Positions 39,480-52,012 of a stretch of DNA of 64,000 bases are shown piece by piece. The notes beneath the pieces were generated by a model. The model did no database searches. It saw only the letters and a program-made list of their open reading frames with translations, and had not been told where the DNA came from. The translations under genes and the position numbers were made by a program. Each line of letters starts with the position of its first letter. Positions within the stretch are counted from its first letter, which is position 1. Origin of the DNA: Lama glama (Eukaryota); assembly GCA_028534125.1 (NCBI GenBank), contig CM052817.1:55678001-55742000 (forward strand), in the 5' to 3' direction.

Positions 39480-39990
39480 AATACTGTCTATTAACTACTA
39501 TCTACCATTAGGCATTTTGGAAATACGAAAAAAGTTTTAGTGTGGCCCCCGCCCTCAAGAAGTTTATTTTCTAAGGGGATGGAAGGGGCTGTGGATAAAT
39601 TTGTATAAATCAGGACACACAATGGTAGCATTAAATTTGTAGGAAATTGCTTTCAGTTGGAAGTTTTAGAAAGCTTCATGGAGATCATGTGGTGGAGCAA
39701 TATAATATTTTAATTGAAGGGGCCAGTATGTCAAAGCCTAAATGAGGAAGAGTGGGAAGAAAGCTGGACTAAGCAGTTCAGTTTAAGTGAAAATGAGAGG
39801 TGAGACTAAAACTCGGAAAAGCAGACTAGGATCAGAACATGGAAGCCTGAATATTCAGCTTATTAATTCAAATTTCTTTTTATTGATGATTTAGAATGAA
39901 AAGTCGACATGAACAGAGATTTATTTTTCAATTATGAAAAGAGAACATTAAATAATTAAAGCAGAAGGAATTAGAGACAGACACAACACT
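39480..39990 (-). mobile_element. L2 fragment
   Basis: gccccgccctcaagaagtttatt..agaaagcttcatggaga..gtgagacta..ggatcagaacatggaagcc. Confidence 0.6.
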
Positions 39991-40399
39991 ATTGGTTTGG
40001 GCCAGAGTTTTAATATGCAATTCAAGAAGCATTCTACCTTTATCATCAGTCTATCAGCTTTTAATTCTCCAGCAGCTCACATAAGAAAAGTCATCCAAAA
40101 TTATAATCAGCCCATGTTATTTTTACATAGTGATAAAAAGCATTCAAATATCTATATTACTCTATTGGATTTGAGTGTTTATGGTCACAGGGATTTCAAA
40201 TTTTCCTGTATGTGACAGAGAAGAATGACAAGAAAAAAGGGTCACACAGTCAGTCTAGTACCAGGGTTAAGGGGTAGAACATCAGCTCTGATGACCTGGA
40301 GAAGAGAGAAGCAAGTTAACATTTCAGCATTTTTAAATGACTTAAAATAGCTTATTAATTAATGGCAGAAATCCAGAGAAAGTAATAGTTTAAATAACT

Positions 40400-40426
40400 T
40401 TGTGTGTGTGTGTGTGTGTGTGTGTA
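40400..40426. repeat. (GT)n microsatellite
   Basis: Directly visible. Confidence 0.95.
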
Positions 40427-42943
40427 TTTTTGCAAATCTTGAAAATCAGAATCCAAACAGAAACAATCAAACATACCATAGTATTTAAGCCTGCCTTGGT
40501 TTAAAATATGTTTCTTTCCAGGCCTGTGTTTTATGATCAATAAAATAAAATGACAAATGAGTTCATACAAGTAAGATACTTTGAGCAATGCTTTGGATCA
40601 TGGTAATATTCAGTAAATGTTAATTTTATGTCACTTTATAATAGGGTTCACACAAGCCATATTTGTTTCCAGAATGTTACTGGGAGATGTTCTACATGGG
40701 CATTATAAAATGGATAAAAGAATGACAGACACTGTAATCTAATCTGACACACCATGTATATACTATATAAAGGCACAGTAACTCCTATATCAATTTCTAC
40801 CCACCTCTCCTCAAGTAAAGACAATAATCTATAACAAGTGCAAATAAGGAAATCATATTCTGTTTTTCTAAACCTTACTACTTCTATTTTTCATTTGGGA
40901 AATAGGTAAATACTGCTTTATTAAGTCTGACATATATATAATAGAGAGAGAGAGATTATACCCACAGCATTTTTTAGTATACTTGGAAAAAAGTTGATCA
41001 TAAAATCATATTAATTAAGTGCTTTATTTGGAAAAGTTGTTTCCAAATAGCTTTATTTTTTTCCTCCATTTTATAAGCAGCTACCAATCACAATCTCTCA
41101 GCACTGTAGTGCTCATGGTAGTGGTCAGTAGAGATAGAAACTGACTTCCTCTAGTGGTTAATAACAGAGTTGACTCCTCAAGAGATACATGTGTTTAGAT
41201 ACAAATGACCACAAAGATCAGTGATGCAAGAAGTGACCTGAGAGAATATTAGAAACAAAAATAAGAGGTATAAATTATAAACAAAATAATACATATTCTG
41301 AGTTGAATAAGGGAAAAAAATCAGTATCTTGAAGTAATACAAAATTAAGTCATGGAAAAAGCTGAACTGTGCTATGCATGTTTGAAAGGTGGATCCAGTG
41401 AAACACCTGCCTCCGGATTTTCTAAGCTAAGAAACTAGAGGAAATGGCTGTGTAAAATTAGAATAATATTCAAGACAATTTTTAGAAAAGCACCTTGAGA
41501 CCTGTGGAAGCTGAAGAACTGTATCTTAGGATAAGTAGTAATCTCACCCAACCAGTGAAAAACACCGGATTCAACAGGAAACACAGGGGTTTTAGCTTAA
41601 GGATTTTTCATTCCACAAATTTTGAACTATGCGTTTTTTAAAGTTGAAAGTCACATTTAGTTGTATTCAGATTTTCTACTCAAAAGATAAACTTTATTTT
41701 CTTGACCAGTCCTTAGAGCAAACTAGTATCCCTTAAACAAAGCATAAATTGGATTATAAAAGGAAACTAATTTTAACTGCAATCTGGATATGTGATGCTT
41801 TTGATATCTCTACCCCTCCTCTCTTGCCTTCTCTCAAATCCCCCTTTAAAGAGTTAAAATATTTGTATTTGTTAGATTTTGTTAAGTTTGGAATCAGGTA
41901 CATTCTTTATTTTTCCCTCTCATTTAAATCACTTGAGTGTAACCAGATTTAAATAGTCACACGAGGTATTTTCTTTTTCCCTCATATTTCTATTGCCACA
42001 AAGATGAACTTTATAACATTGCAAAAACAGCTAATAATTCAAAGAAGAGAAAGTTTTACACCACCATTCTACCAGTCTAGCTCTAACATTCCATGTGCGT
42101 GGAGTGTGGGCTGGGGTTGGGCACGTGGGGGCAGCTTTTGACAGAACAAAAGCTGAGTATTTTTAATTCCTCATACAATTGAACAAAACGGTAACAAAGG
42201 AGAAACTAAAGTGGGATTGATAGAAGGTTGAAGTTATGAGATACGATACATTCCCCAACCTCAAAGCTTCAGGAAAATTTAAGTTTACAAAATGTTTATA
42301 GAGATAACACATGGGAATTAAGGATAGGAGCTTCCAAAGATGGGAAAGCTCTAGCTGCAAGCTGCATTAGGTAAATAAGCCCTTTAATGCTGTGGATACA
42401 AGCAAAGCATTCCTACCTGAATGTCCGATTTGGAAAAAAAAAAAAATTACAACTTTAGGTAAACAGTTTCATTCATTAAGTCCTAACTTGGGCCTTTACA
42501 GTTTGAATACCTTTCTTTTTCTACTAAAAACATGACCTTTGATTTGGTCCCAAAGGTTTTTAAGACTCTTGAGAGTCAGAGATCAATAAAGATGTTTAAT
42601 TTTAAATAATAAAATTTGTCATGGAGTCAGCAGACCTTACTGGAAAGAAGACTGATTTATATGTCAGTTGTTACAGTTTCTAATTTTGAATGAGTCCTCA
42701 CCGGCAAGTTGTGTTGGAGGAAAAGAGTAGGATTTAGACATTAAGAAAGAGGAATAAAATGCACTTGTAGCCAAAATATAAATTTTTGCAGTACAGTATT
42801 AAGAAAGACAAACTGGTGTTCAAGGTATTTGGTTTGCTTTCTTCCTTAAAATTGGGGAACTAAGGTGAGTGTGTGGGGGAGGGAATGAGGTGGGAAGCAG
42901 CATTAGGCTGAGTGAATTTCCTTAGAGGGAATTTACTAGGCTC

Positions 42944-43896
42944 TGTTATGAACTACATGTGTGTGTCCCCTTAAAAGTCGTTAAGTCAAAACTATGGCTC
43001 CCAACTGTGACGGTGTTAGGAGGTGGGGCCTTAGGCAGGTGAATAGGATTGGGTTACGTCATGAGGGTGGAGCCTTCACTAACGGGCTTAACGGCTTTAT
43101 AAGAGTCAGGTGGGCCTTCGCCGCCTCTTTCTCACCTTGTGAGGATTCGAGAAGTCAGGCGTCTGAGCTCCGGAAACTCAGAAGCGCGCTCTCACCAGAA
43201 TCTCATCGCGCTGGCGCCCTGGTTCTGGACTTCCCAGCCTCCAAAACTGTGAGAAATAAGTTTCTGTTGTTTTTATGGTATTTTTGTTACAGAAAAATAC
43301 CGGTGTTACGGGGAGGAGGGGAATGAAAATTACCTCGGTTCTTAATCACCCGAAAAAAAAAGAATTTTTGTTTTAATGAGAGACAGAAAGTGTGATATAA
43401 ACAGAAGCCTTTATTATTGAAGTAGAAAGGAAGTAAAATACAGAACAGCCCCGAGAACTGAGAGCGGGCCGATCCAAGAGGGAAAATGGCGCCGCTCCTT
43501 TGTTTCCCTGTGTCATACCCTTGCGTAGGGGGCGTTTTGGAGGTTGATTGATTCGCGGCTCACCTTGCTGGTGCTCAGGCATTCCCATCCCTTTTGTGCG
43601 TGTTCTTACCCATGGTGCACACAGAGAAAGGTTCGGGAGGGGCTCAAACTGCAGTGTTCATTACATTATAATGAGCACTGGGTCAAGTTAAGCTGGATCG
43701 TTCTCTCTTCTGCGCAGCTGCAGCGTTTGAACCTAGTCGGCTTCTTCGCCAGCCCTCATTTAAAGAAAGTTAAAAATTTTGGAGCCTCTTATCCTGAGTG
43801 CAGGTTTACTGTTATTTTCTGGGTTGTTCCTTCCCCCTTCCTCTCCCTGGCCCAGTGCTCATTTCTATCTAACTGTCTAACAAAGGGACTAAGACA
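42944..43896 (+). mobile_element. MaLR solo LTR, MLT1A-like, interrupted near its 3' end by an ERV1 LTR
   Basis: tgttatgaact..gtccccttaaaa..ggaggtggggcctt..catgagggtggagcc..ggacttcccagcctccaaaactgtgagaaataa; terminal gactaagaca at 43887-43896; near-TSD ggctc/gactc. Confidence 0.88.
43285..43882 (-). mobile_element. ERV1-class solo LTR nested in MLT1A
   Basis: Minus strand starts tgttagacagttagatagaaatgagc; AATAAA on minus at 43410-43415; ends in tgtaaca/gtaaca (left boundary 43285 or 43304). Confidence 0.7.
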
Positions 43897-43957
43897 GACT
43901 CTGTTGTGCTTTGACACAGGTGTTGGGCACTAGAGGTGAAAATTGTATTATCCCATT

Positions 43958-44753
43958 TGTTAGTGGAAGCTCTATAGAGGGTCTCCCTTAGCTAAGCCCA
44001 ATTAAGAAGGTGAAGAAGTGTTAAAAATTCATTCCTTTGAGATATATCTGAGTTGTTTGAACCCCTCTGGTCTGAGGCCTATACTGGGAATTTGGAGCTC
44101 GTGTCTTTATAGGACAGTGTCAGGAGCACTGCTGATTTGGGAGAGAGAGCCGATCTGCCCAGGTGTGGGAGTGACAGTTAAAGCCACAAAACACAAATGA
44201 AAGAGACCTTTAATCACTTACTGGGATGGTAAAAGCAAGAATTCAGAACCAGAGGAATGGCTGGCTCCCCCAGACCCATTTTCCCTGAAGGAAGGGCTCT
44301 CTGGTGGAGGGCCAGGTGGTTCAGCACAAATGTGAAGTGTTTCGCTGAGAGCTACCCTGACAAGAGGCTCTGGTAGTTCTTCTGGAATCTGGAGGACTGA
44401 ATTCTGGGGTCAGGGGAGTGTGGAGAAGTACGGCTTGGAGGAGGAAAAAACATGGGTACTGAGTCAGAGTGGGGAAACGTCCTCAAGGCTTCCCCCGCCT
44501 CCTCGCGAAAAGGAATCCTTGGCGGAGGCAGCTGAAGAGGAACTTGGTCAAAGGCCTCAGGTAAAGAGACCTAGGAGGAAAGGAAGCAGGCTGAGAAGTA
44601 AGTGTGTAGAGACCGCGACTGGCCAGCGGACCTGAGACCTTGGCTGCAGCCCCCTCAGGCCTGCACTGCACTGGCCGGCCGCTGTCTGGCATGGGGAGAC
44701 CAGTCCTCCCCCGCGAGGCCTGCTGTTGTATCAGCTCTGAAAAATCTCATACA
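43958..44753 (-). mobile_element. Solo LTR (~800 bp), probably ERVL class (MER54/73/74/88-like group)
   Basis: TG..CA termini; TSD catt at 43954-43957 and 44754-44757; ATTAAA on minus near 44210; GC-rich body. Family assignment is tentative. Confidence 0.65.
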
Positions 44754-46619
44754 CATTTTTTTAACCGGGAGCCTAAACTCTAACCAATTTTATCATCTGA
44801 AAAATAAACAGATTGATTGCAATTGCTTTGACCTAATTCACTAGAGTACTGAAAGATTTCTGAGAGAGAGTGCGTATTTGATTTTAAGGTCAAATAAGGA
44901 TGAGTAACTGTAATACAGTTTTTGAAAAGCCATAGTGACAGAGGAGTCCACAATAAACTGATAGACCAGCAAAAATATTTTGGGTTTCTCCTACTAATGG
45001 AGAAACATGATTCATTAAATTTTAGGAGAATATGAGTCCCCAAGAAAGTCAATCAAAATGAACAGTTATGGAAAAGTCAAACCAATTTCTGATGTATTGA
45101 GTGCTCTGAAGATGAAAAAGATAATCAATAAAATAGAAGGCAATATACAAGAACAATTTTAGTTTTTCAATAGCCACTCAAAAACCAGAGAAACATTTAA
45201 AACTGTTAGACCAGTTTTGACCAAGACTGTGACTGAGATGAATTTATTTTCTGAGTATGTTGAAGTTGAAGGAAAGTCTGTATGATTGAAAATCGTGTGA
45301 CAAGCTTTCAACAAAACACAACAAATCACAATTACCTATTTCATTCCTATATGCCTGGAAAGCTTCAAAAATAAGAATGAAAACACATGAGAAAAAATAA
45401 AATGTAAGTGTGTATGTTGGTTTATATGAATGTGTGTGTGTATATATATATTTTTTTCCTAAATACATAAGGCGGAGAATCCTTTCTTTGCACTTATTCT
45501 GGGTTTCCAGCTATAATTCATCCTATATTTACCTGAGGCCAAAAGAAAACCCTGTGATCTAGTACAGGCATATGCCTTACTGCATAGCTTATGCCTGAAG
45601 CCAGTGAAAGGAAAGTCTTATGAGTGAGAACATTCTCCAAAATATGTATAATGGACTATATCATCCTCAGGAAATAGACTCAGGCCCAAGTTATTTAACA
45701 GAGGAAATAATTTACCTAAAATTTCTGAGAGTAAAAGTCAAGTGTTCCCAGTCCCACGCAGAAAATAAATAACCACTCCTTCCTGCCATAGCTTCCTAAG
45801 TGCTTCCTCTGTGCTTACAAACTAACACTAAAACTTGAATCTTATACAATGTAATGTTTTTAGATTTCAGTGAATCAAATAATAATCTTAAGAAAAGGAA
45901 ATAATAGTATCAAGAGTAATATTTTGGGTCAAATGGAGAATACATTAAAAAAGAGGCAGAGGGAAAACAGTGTTATAGTTTCCCTGAGATAATCATTGCT
46001 GAGTTGAAGGCGGAAGAGAAAGGTTTTACGCTGTTGTGGCAAATGAGGGATATTTGGCGGTGCTTTGTATTTTAGGGACAAAATCATTAAGCTCTGGAAG
46101 CAAAGATTTATATTAAGTGTCATAGCAGAAACCAAATTTAATTTGTGTTAAATGAATAGAGTCATAAGTTTACATTATGTGGTGGAACTACTCCTTATTG
46201 GAAATGAAGATTTAGATAACATGACTCATTCAACATTTATTGTATTAATTTAAATAATTGGAAAACTATGACATCTAGATGCTTGTGCTAAGACAATAAG
46301 AGATAGGGAAAAGAAATGTATTTTAAGGAAAGCTGTATTTTTGCCTTTATTATGTAATAATATGCTCTATTTACTTAAAAAATCTTTTGTGTATTAAAAC
46401 ATTTTATTATAAATCTGTTAGTTGGTACCTTTTTTTTTTCATTTAAGTCAAGCTTAACCATTCTCTTAGTTGCAAAGAAATAAGTGCCTATCATCGATGA
46501 CACCTGGATACCTTTAAGTATCATATTTAGGGAGTATTTGCTAGTTAAGCTGCAGAAGAAAATCTGCAGATATCAACCCAAAATGACAGGAGTACAAATA
46601 CAGGAGTTTCTATTAAACT

Positions 46620-48007
46620 TCTCTCTCTCTCTTTTTTTTTTTAAATTGAAGTATAGTTATTTTACTATATTGTTAGTTTGAGGTGTACAGCCTAGTGAAT
46701 CAGTATTTTTGCAGATTAAATTCCATTATAGGTTATTATAAGATAATGAGTATAGTTCCCTGTGCTATTCAGTATATCCTTGTTACTTACCTATTTTAAA
46801 TACAATTTGTATCTGTTAATCCCGTATCCCTAATTAGTCCCTACCCCCTTCCCTTTCTCCTTTTGTAACCACAAGTTTTTCTATCTATATGAGTCTGTTT
46901 CTGTTTTGTATATACATTTGCTTGTATTTTTTAGATTCCATACCTGAGTGATATCATATAGTACTTGTCTTTGTCTGACTTATTTCATTAAGTGTAATAT
47001 TCTCCAGGTTTTTCCACACTGCTGCAGGTGGCAGTATTTCATTCTTTTTTATGGCTGAGTAATATTTCTTTATATATATAATACTTCATTATATATATGT
47101 ATGTGTATGTGTATATATGTGTGTGTGTATGTACATGTATATGTGTGTGTATATTCTTCTTAATCCCATTGTCTGTTGATGGGCACTTGGATTACTTCCA
47201 TGTCTTGGCTACAGTAAATAGTGTTGCTATAAACATTGAAGCACGTGTATCTTTTTGAATGAGAGTTTTCACTTTTCCAGATATATAGGAATAGAATTTC
47301 TGGATCATGTCGTGGTGCTATTTTTAGGTTTTTACTGTTTTCCAAAGTGACTGCTCCAATTTACATTCCCACCAACAGTGTACAAGGTTTCCCTTTCCTT
47401 TTCATCCTGGCATGGGGAGACCATGGTATACTTTTCATGATGGCCATTGTGGTATTGATTCTGTGTTTGGCAACTTTGCTGAATTTATTGATCAGTTCTA
47501 ACATTTTTTTTAAATGGGGTTGTTAGGTTTTTTTCTATATAATGCCTTGTCATCTGCAAAGAGTAACAATTTTACTTCTTCCTTGTCAATATGAATGCTT
47601 TTAAGTTTCTTTTTCTTGTTTAAGTTCTCTGGATAAGACTTCTAATATTATATTGAATCAAAATGGTGATTGTGTCTGATTCCAGAACATAAAACACAAG
47701 ATCTCAGCTATTAAACATTGAGTATAATGTTAGCTTTGGTCCTGTTTCATATATGGCCTTTATTATATCAAGATATATTCCTTCCATACCAGTTTTGTTG
47801 AGAGTTTTTCATCATAAATGATGTTGAACTATATCAAATGCTTTTTTTGCATCTACTGAGAGAATCGTATGATTTTTATCCTTTATTTTGTTAATATGGT
47901 ATCTCACATTTATTTTTTGCAGATGTTGATTCATTCTTGCATCCATGGAATAAATCCCACTTGATCATATTGTATGATCCTTTTAATGTATTGTTGATTC
48001 TTTGCTG

Positions 48008-48051
<44 letters not shown>

Positions 48052-51000
48052 AAATTGACGATATTTACATCTATATTCAACAGCAAGATTGGCCTGTAGT
48101 TGTTTTTTCTTTTGAAACTGTCTGATTTTGGTTTTAGGGTAATGCTGAACTTGTAAGATGTGTTTGAAAGTGCTCCTTGTCTGTTTTGGGAACAGTTTGA
48201 GGATTAGTATTCTTTTGAATGGTAGAATTCACCCTGAAGCTGCTTGGTCTTGGACTTTTGTTTCTTGGGAGGTTTTTGATTACTGATCAGTATCTTAACA
48301 AGTAATTGGTCTGCTCAGATTTTCTATTTCTTTATGATTCAGTCTTGGTAGGCTGTATGTTTCAGGAATATATCCTTTCCTTTGAGATCACCATATTCAT
48401 TGGTATATAATTGTTTATAGTATTCTCATAATCCTTTGTATTTCTGTGGCATTTGTTTTAACATCTTCTCTTTCATTTCTGATTTTGAGTTCTATCTCTT
48501 TGTTCTTTGTGAATTTAGCTAAAAGTTAATCAGTTTTATTTTTTCAAAGAGCCAACTCTTCATTTCATTGTTTATCTGTTTAATTATTTCCATTGATATT
48601 TATTTCCTTCCTTCTACTAAAATTTGGCTTCCTTTTTCTAATTATTTGAAGTGTAAAGTTAAGTTTATTTTAGATTGTTCTTGTTTCTTGAGGTAGACAT
48701 TTTTATGAACTTCCTCTTAAGACTGCTTTTGCTGCATCTCATAAGATTTGATACGTTTTTTGTCTTTTGATTTCTCTTTCAATTCTTTGATCATTTCTTG
48801 TTTAGTAGCATGTTGTTTAATCTCCACATATTTAAGAATTCTCCAGTTTTATTCTTGTAGTTGATTTCCAGTTTCATACCATTGTGGTAGGAAAAGATGC
48901 TTGATATGAGTTCAGTTTCCTTAAATTTATCAAGACTTGTTTTGTGGCCTAACACATCTTGCTGAATATCCCATGCACACTTGAGAAGATGCATATCAGT
49001 TTGTTTCTGGATGGAATATTTTGTATATATCTGTTAAGCATATATGTCTGATGTGTTATTTAAAGTGTATCTTTCCATGTTAATTTTCTGTCTGGATGAG
49101 CTATTCATAGGTGTAAGTGTGGTATTAAACTCCCCTACTACTACCGTATTGTTGTGTATTTCTCTGTTGAAGTCTATCAATATTTGTTTTATGTATTTAG
49201 GTGTTTCTATGCTGGGTGCATAAATATTTACAAAAGTTATAGCTCTTCTTGGTTGGACCCCTGCATCATTATATAATGACCTTCATTATCTCTTATTACA
49301 GGCTTTGTTTTATAACTCTATTTTGCGTGATATAAGTGTAGCTACTCCGAATTCTTTATTTGCTTTCCAGTTGCAGGTAATATCTTTCTCCATGCTTCAC
49401 TTTCAATTTGTGTGTCTTTACATCTGAAGTGAATATCTTATAAGCAGCATATAGATAGGGCTTGGTTTTTTTAATCCATTGAGACACTCAATTTTTACTG
49501 ATAATTTAGTCAATTTACATTTTAAGTAATTATTGATAAATATAGAATTCTTGCCATTTTCCATTTGTTTTCCTATGGTTTTCTAGTTCTCCTGTTTCCT
49601 TCTTTGCTTGTTCTATGTCTTAGCGGTTTGATAACATTTTTTAGTAGTCCATGCTTAGATTTCTTTCTTTCTCTTTATATCTATTATAGGTTTTCCTTTG
49701 TGGTTACCATGAGGCTTACATATAACATATATTTATAATAGCCTATTTTAAACTGATAACAGCTAAAATTTGACTGCACTCTAAAGCTCTGCATTTTTAC
49801 TCTCCCCTACAATTTGTTTTTGATGTCACATTTTACATCCTTTTATCTTATGTATCCTTTAACTAACTATTGTTGTAATTTAGCTATTTACTTTGTCTTT
49901 AACCTTCATACTAGCTTTATGAGTAAGTTACCCGCTACCTTTACTATATATTAAATTTTACCAGCGAGAATTATACTTGCATATGCTTTCTTGTTTCCAA
50001 GAAATTCCCTTTCTTTTCAGACTAAAAAAAAAGTCATTTTTAAAATTTCTTGTGTGGCCAGTTTAGGGATGAGGAAAATCTTTACCTTTTGCTTGTCTGG
50101 GAAACTTTTTATCTCTCTTTCAATTCTGATCAGTAACTTTGCTAGGTAGAATATTCTTGGTTGGAAGTTTTTTGTTTTGTTTTCTTTCAGCTCTTTGAGC
50201 ATATTATGCCACTCCTTTCTGGCCTGCAGTTTCTGCTAAAAAGCCTACTATAGTCTTATGAGGGTTCTTTTATAAATAACAAATTGTTTTTCTCTTGCTG
50301 CTTTTAAGATTCTCTCCTTGTCTTTTAACTTTTAGCATCTTAATTATATTGTGGCTTACGTTCGTCTCTTTGGGTTCATCTTATCTGGAATTCTTGGGGC
50401 TTCTTGGACCTAGATACCTGTTTCCTTCCCAGGTTAGGAAAGTTATCAGCTGTTATTTCTTCAAATACATTTTCTGGCTACTCATATGATATGAATATTA
50501 TTCCACTGGACATTATCCTATAAGTCCCTTAAGCCATAATCACTTAAGGTTTTTTTTTCTTTCTTTTTTGCTTCTCTAATTGAGTTAGTTTCACTGAGTT
50601 CACCAGTCCTTCTGCTTCCTCCAGACTGCTGTTGAACCTCTCTAGTGTATTTTTTTTTTCAGTTCAGTTATTGTATTTTTCTACTTGGTAACTCTGTTTG
50701 GTCCTTTCTTGTATATTCTCTTTATTGAAGTTCCCACTTTGTTCATCCATTCTTCTCCTGAGTTCAGTTAGCATCTTTATGACTATTACCTTGAACTCCT
50801 TATCAGGTAAATTACTTACCCTGTTTTATTATGATTATTTTTCTGATTTCATTTTATTTCTTCTCCTGTCAGTTCCTATGCAGTAGACAAAACAGCCACC
50901 TCTCCCAGTCTCAAAGGAGTAGAGTAGGCTTCTGCAGGTGATCTAACTTTCTGTTTCCCCCAACCCTACCTCTTAGTTCTCTTTCAATTCTTTGTGATTG

Positions 51001-51350
51001 TCCAAGCAGCCTACTTTACTTTTAATATCTCTATGTAGTTGAGACCGTGCCAAGACTTGTCAGTGTCTGAAAGTGGAAGATCTCAGTCAGCGTGTAGGTT
51101 CAGGCTTTTTGGAAGCCAGACCCTTACACAGCAATTTTTAAAAGTATGTAAATGTATTAGATCCTATGGGACTGTGAGCTTAAGCCCCTCTGGACACCAG
51201 AGCCAGGTGATCTGTAGGTGTCCCCTGAGTGCAGTAGCAAAAATGGAGCCCCACACGAGTGTATAAGCATCTATCTGTGAGAGTCAAAAGCTATACTGAG
51301 GCAGAGAGAGAATGCAAAGATGGTGTGCACCAGCCTATATTCCCTGAAAT
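46620..51350 (-). mobile_element. Degraded, internally deleted long L1 (3' UTR, RT, EN, ORF1, 5' UTR remnants)
   Basis: Poly-T and aattgaagtatagtt 3' end. ORF 48791-48994 is EN-like (LGHKTSLDKFK..SSIFSYHNGMKLEIN..WRLNNMLL). ORF 50017-50202 is ORF1-like (QPRIFYLAKL..EREIKSFPDKQK). Jump in homology at ~47450. Confidence 0.9.
48007..48051. repeat. (CT)n(AT)n microsatellite inside L1
   Basis: Directly visible. Confidence 0.95.
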
Positions 51351-51409
51351 GTTTATCATGACTTAAAGTAGAACATAAGTTTTATAACAAATAGCAAATG
51401 GTGTTATTT

Positions 51410-52012
51410 GTGAATTCACTACATATTTATTGATCATGTTCTATGTTACATGCTCTATGTTAAATATTGGAAAATGTAATAGTAAAAAATATTGCAGATA
51501 CTGATTATAGTGGGAAGGAAAACATTGCTTTGGAGGAAAAAGAACAACAGCATGACTTGTGGGCATATAACCAGGGTTCTTAATGAAGTCTTGGAAGTTG
51601 AGGAGGCTTCCCCTGAGGTGAGGTTTAAGCTGGAGCTGAGGAATACATTTTCAATATAACCAGGAGAGAAGATGGTGGAAACGTCCTGCAGCAGAAAGAT
51701 CCTTTGTGAAGACCCTGAGGTGGGAAAAAGTTAAATAATACTAAGAATAGATTGTAACTGAAGGAAGAGTGATGAGGAGTAAGACAAAGCCTAGATCTTT
51801 AGGGACTTACCAATGACATTAAGGATTTTAAAATTTATCCCAAGAGCAAAGGCAAGCGATTGAATAGTTTTAAGCAGGAGATGGCACTATTAAATTTGTA
51901 TTAAAAATTAGTGCATGAATTAATTTTTTTTAATATATAAAGGCAAGAGTAGATTTTAAAGGATCAGTTCAGAGGTGGTGGCCACTGTCTAGGGAAGATA
52001 AGATGACACCTT
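51410..52012 (-). mobile_element. L2 LINE 3' portion
   Basis: attcactacatatttattgatcat..ggaggcttcccctgaggtgaggtttaagct..gaccctgaggtgggaa..ttaaggattttaaaatttatcc..gttttaagcagg. Confidence 0.8.

Noticed and set aside
43488..43496. tggcgcc as a tRNA-Lys primer-binding site of a provirus
   Set aside because: It lies inside the LTR rather than just 3' of it, the match does not extend, and no internal ERV sequence follows
42994..44844. Several GC-rich ORFs of 60-129 aa
   Set aside because: All lie within LTRs, where higher GC lengthens chance ORFs; no gag, pol or env motifs
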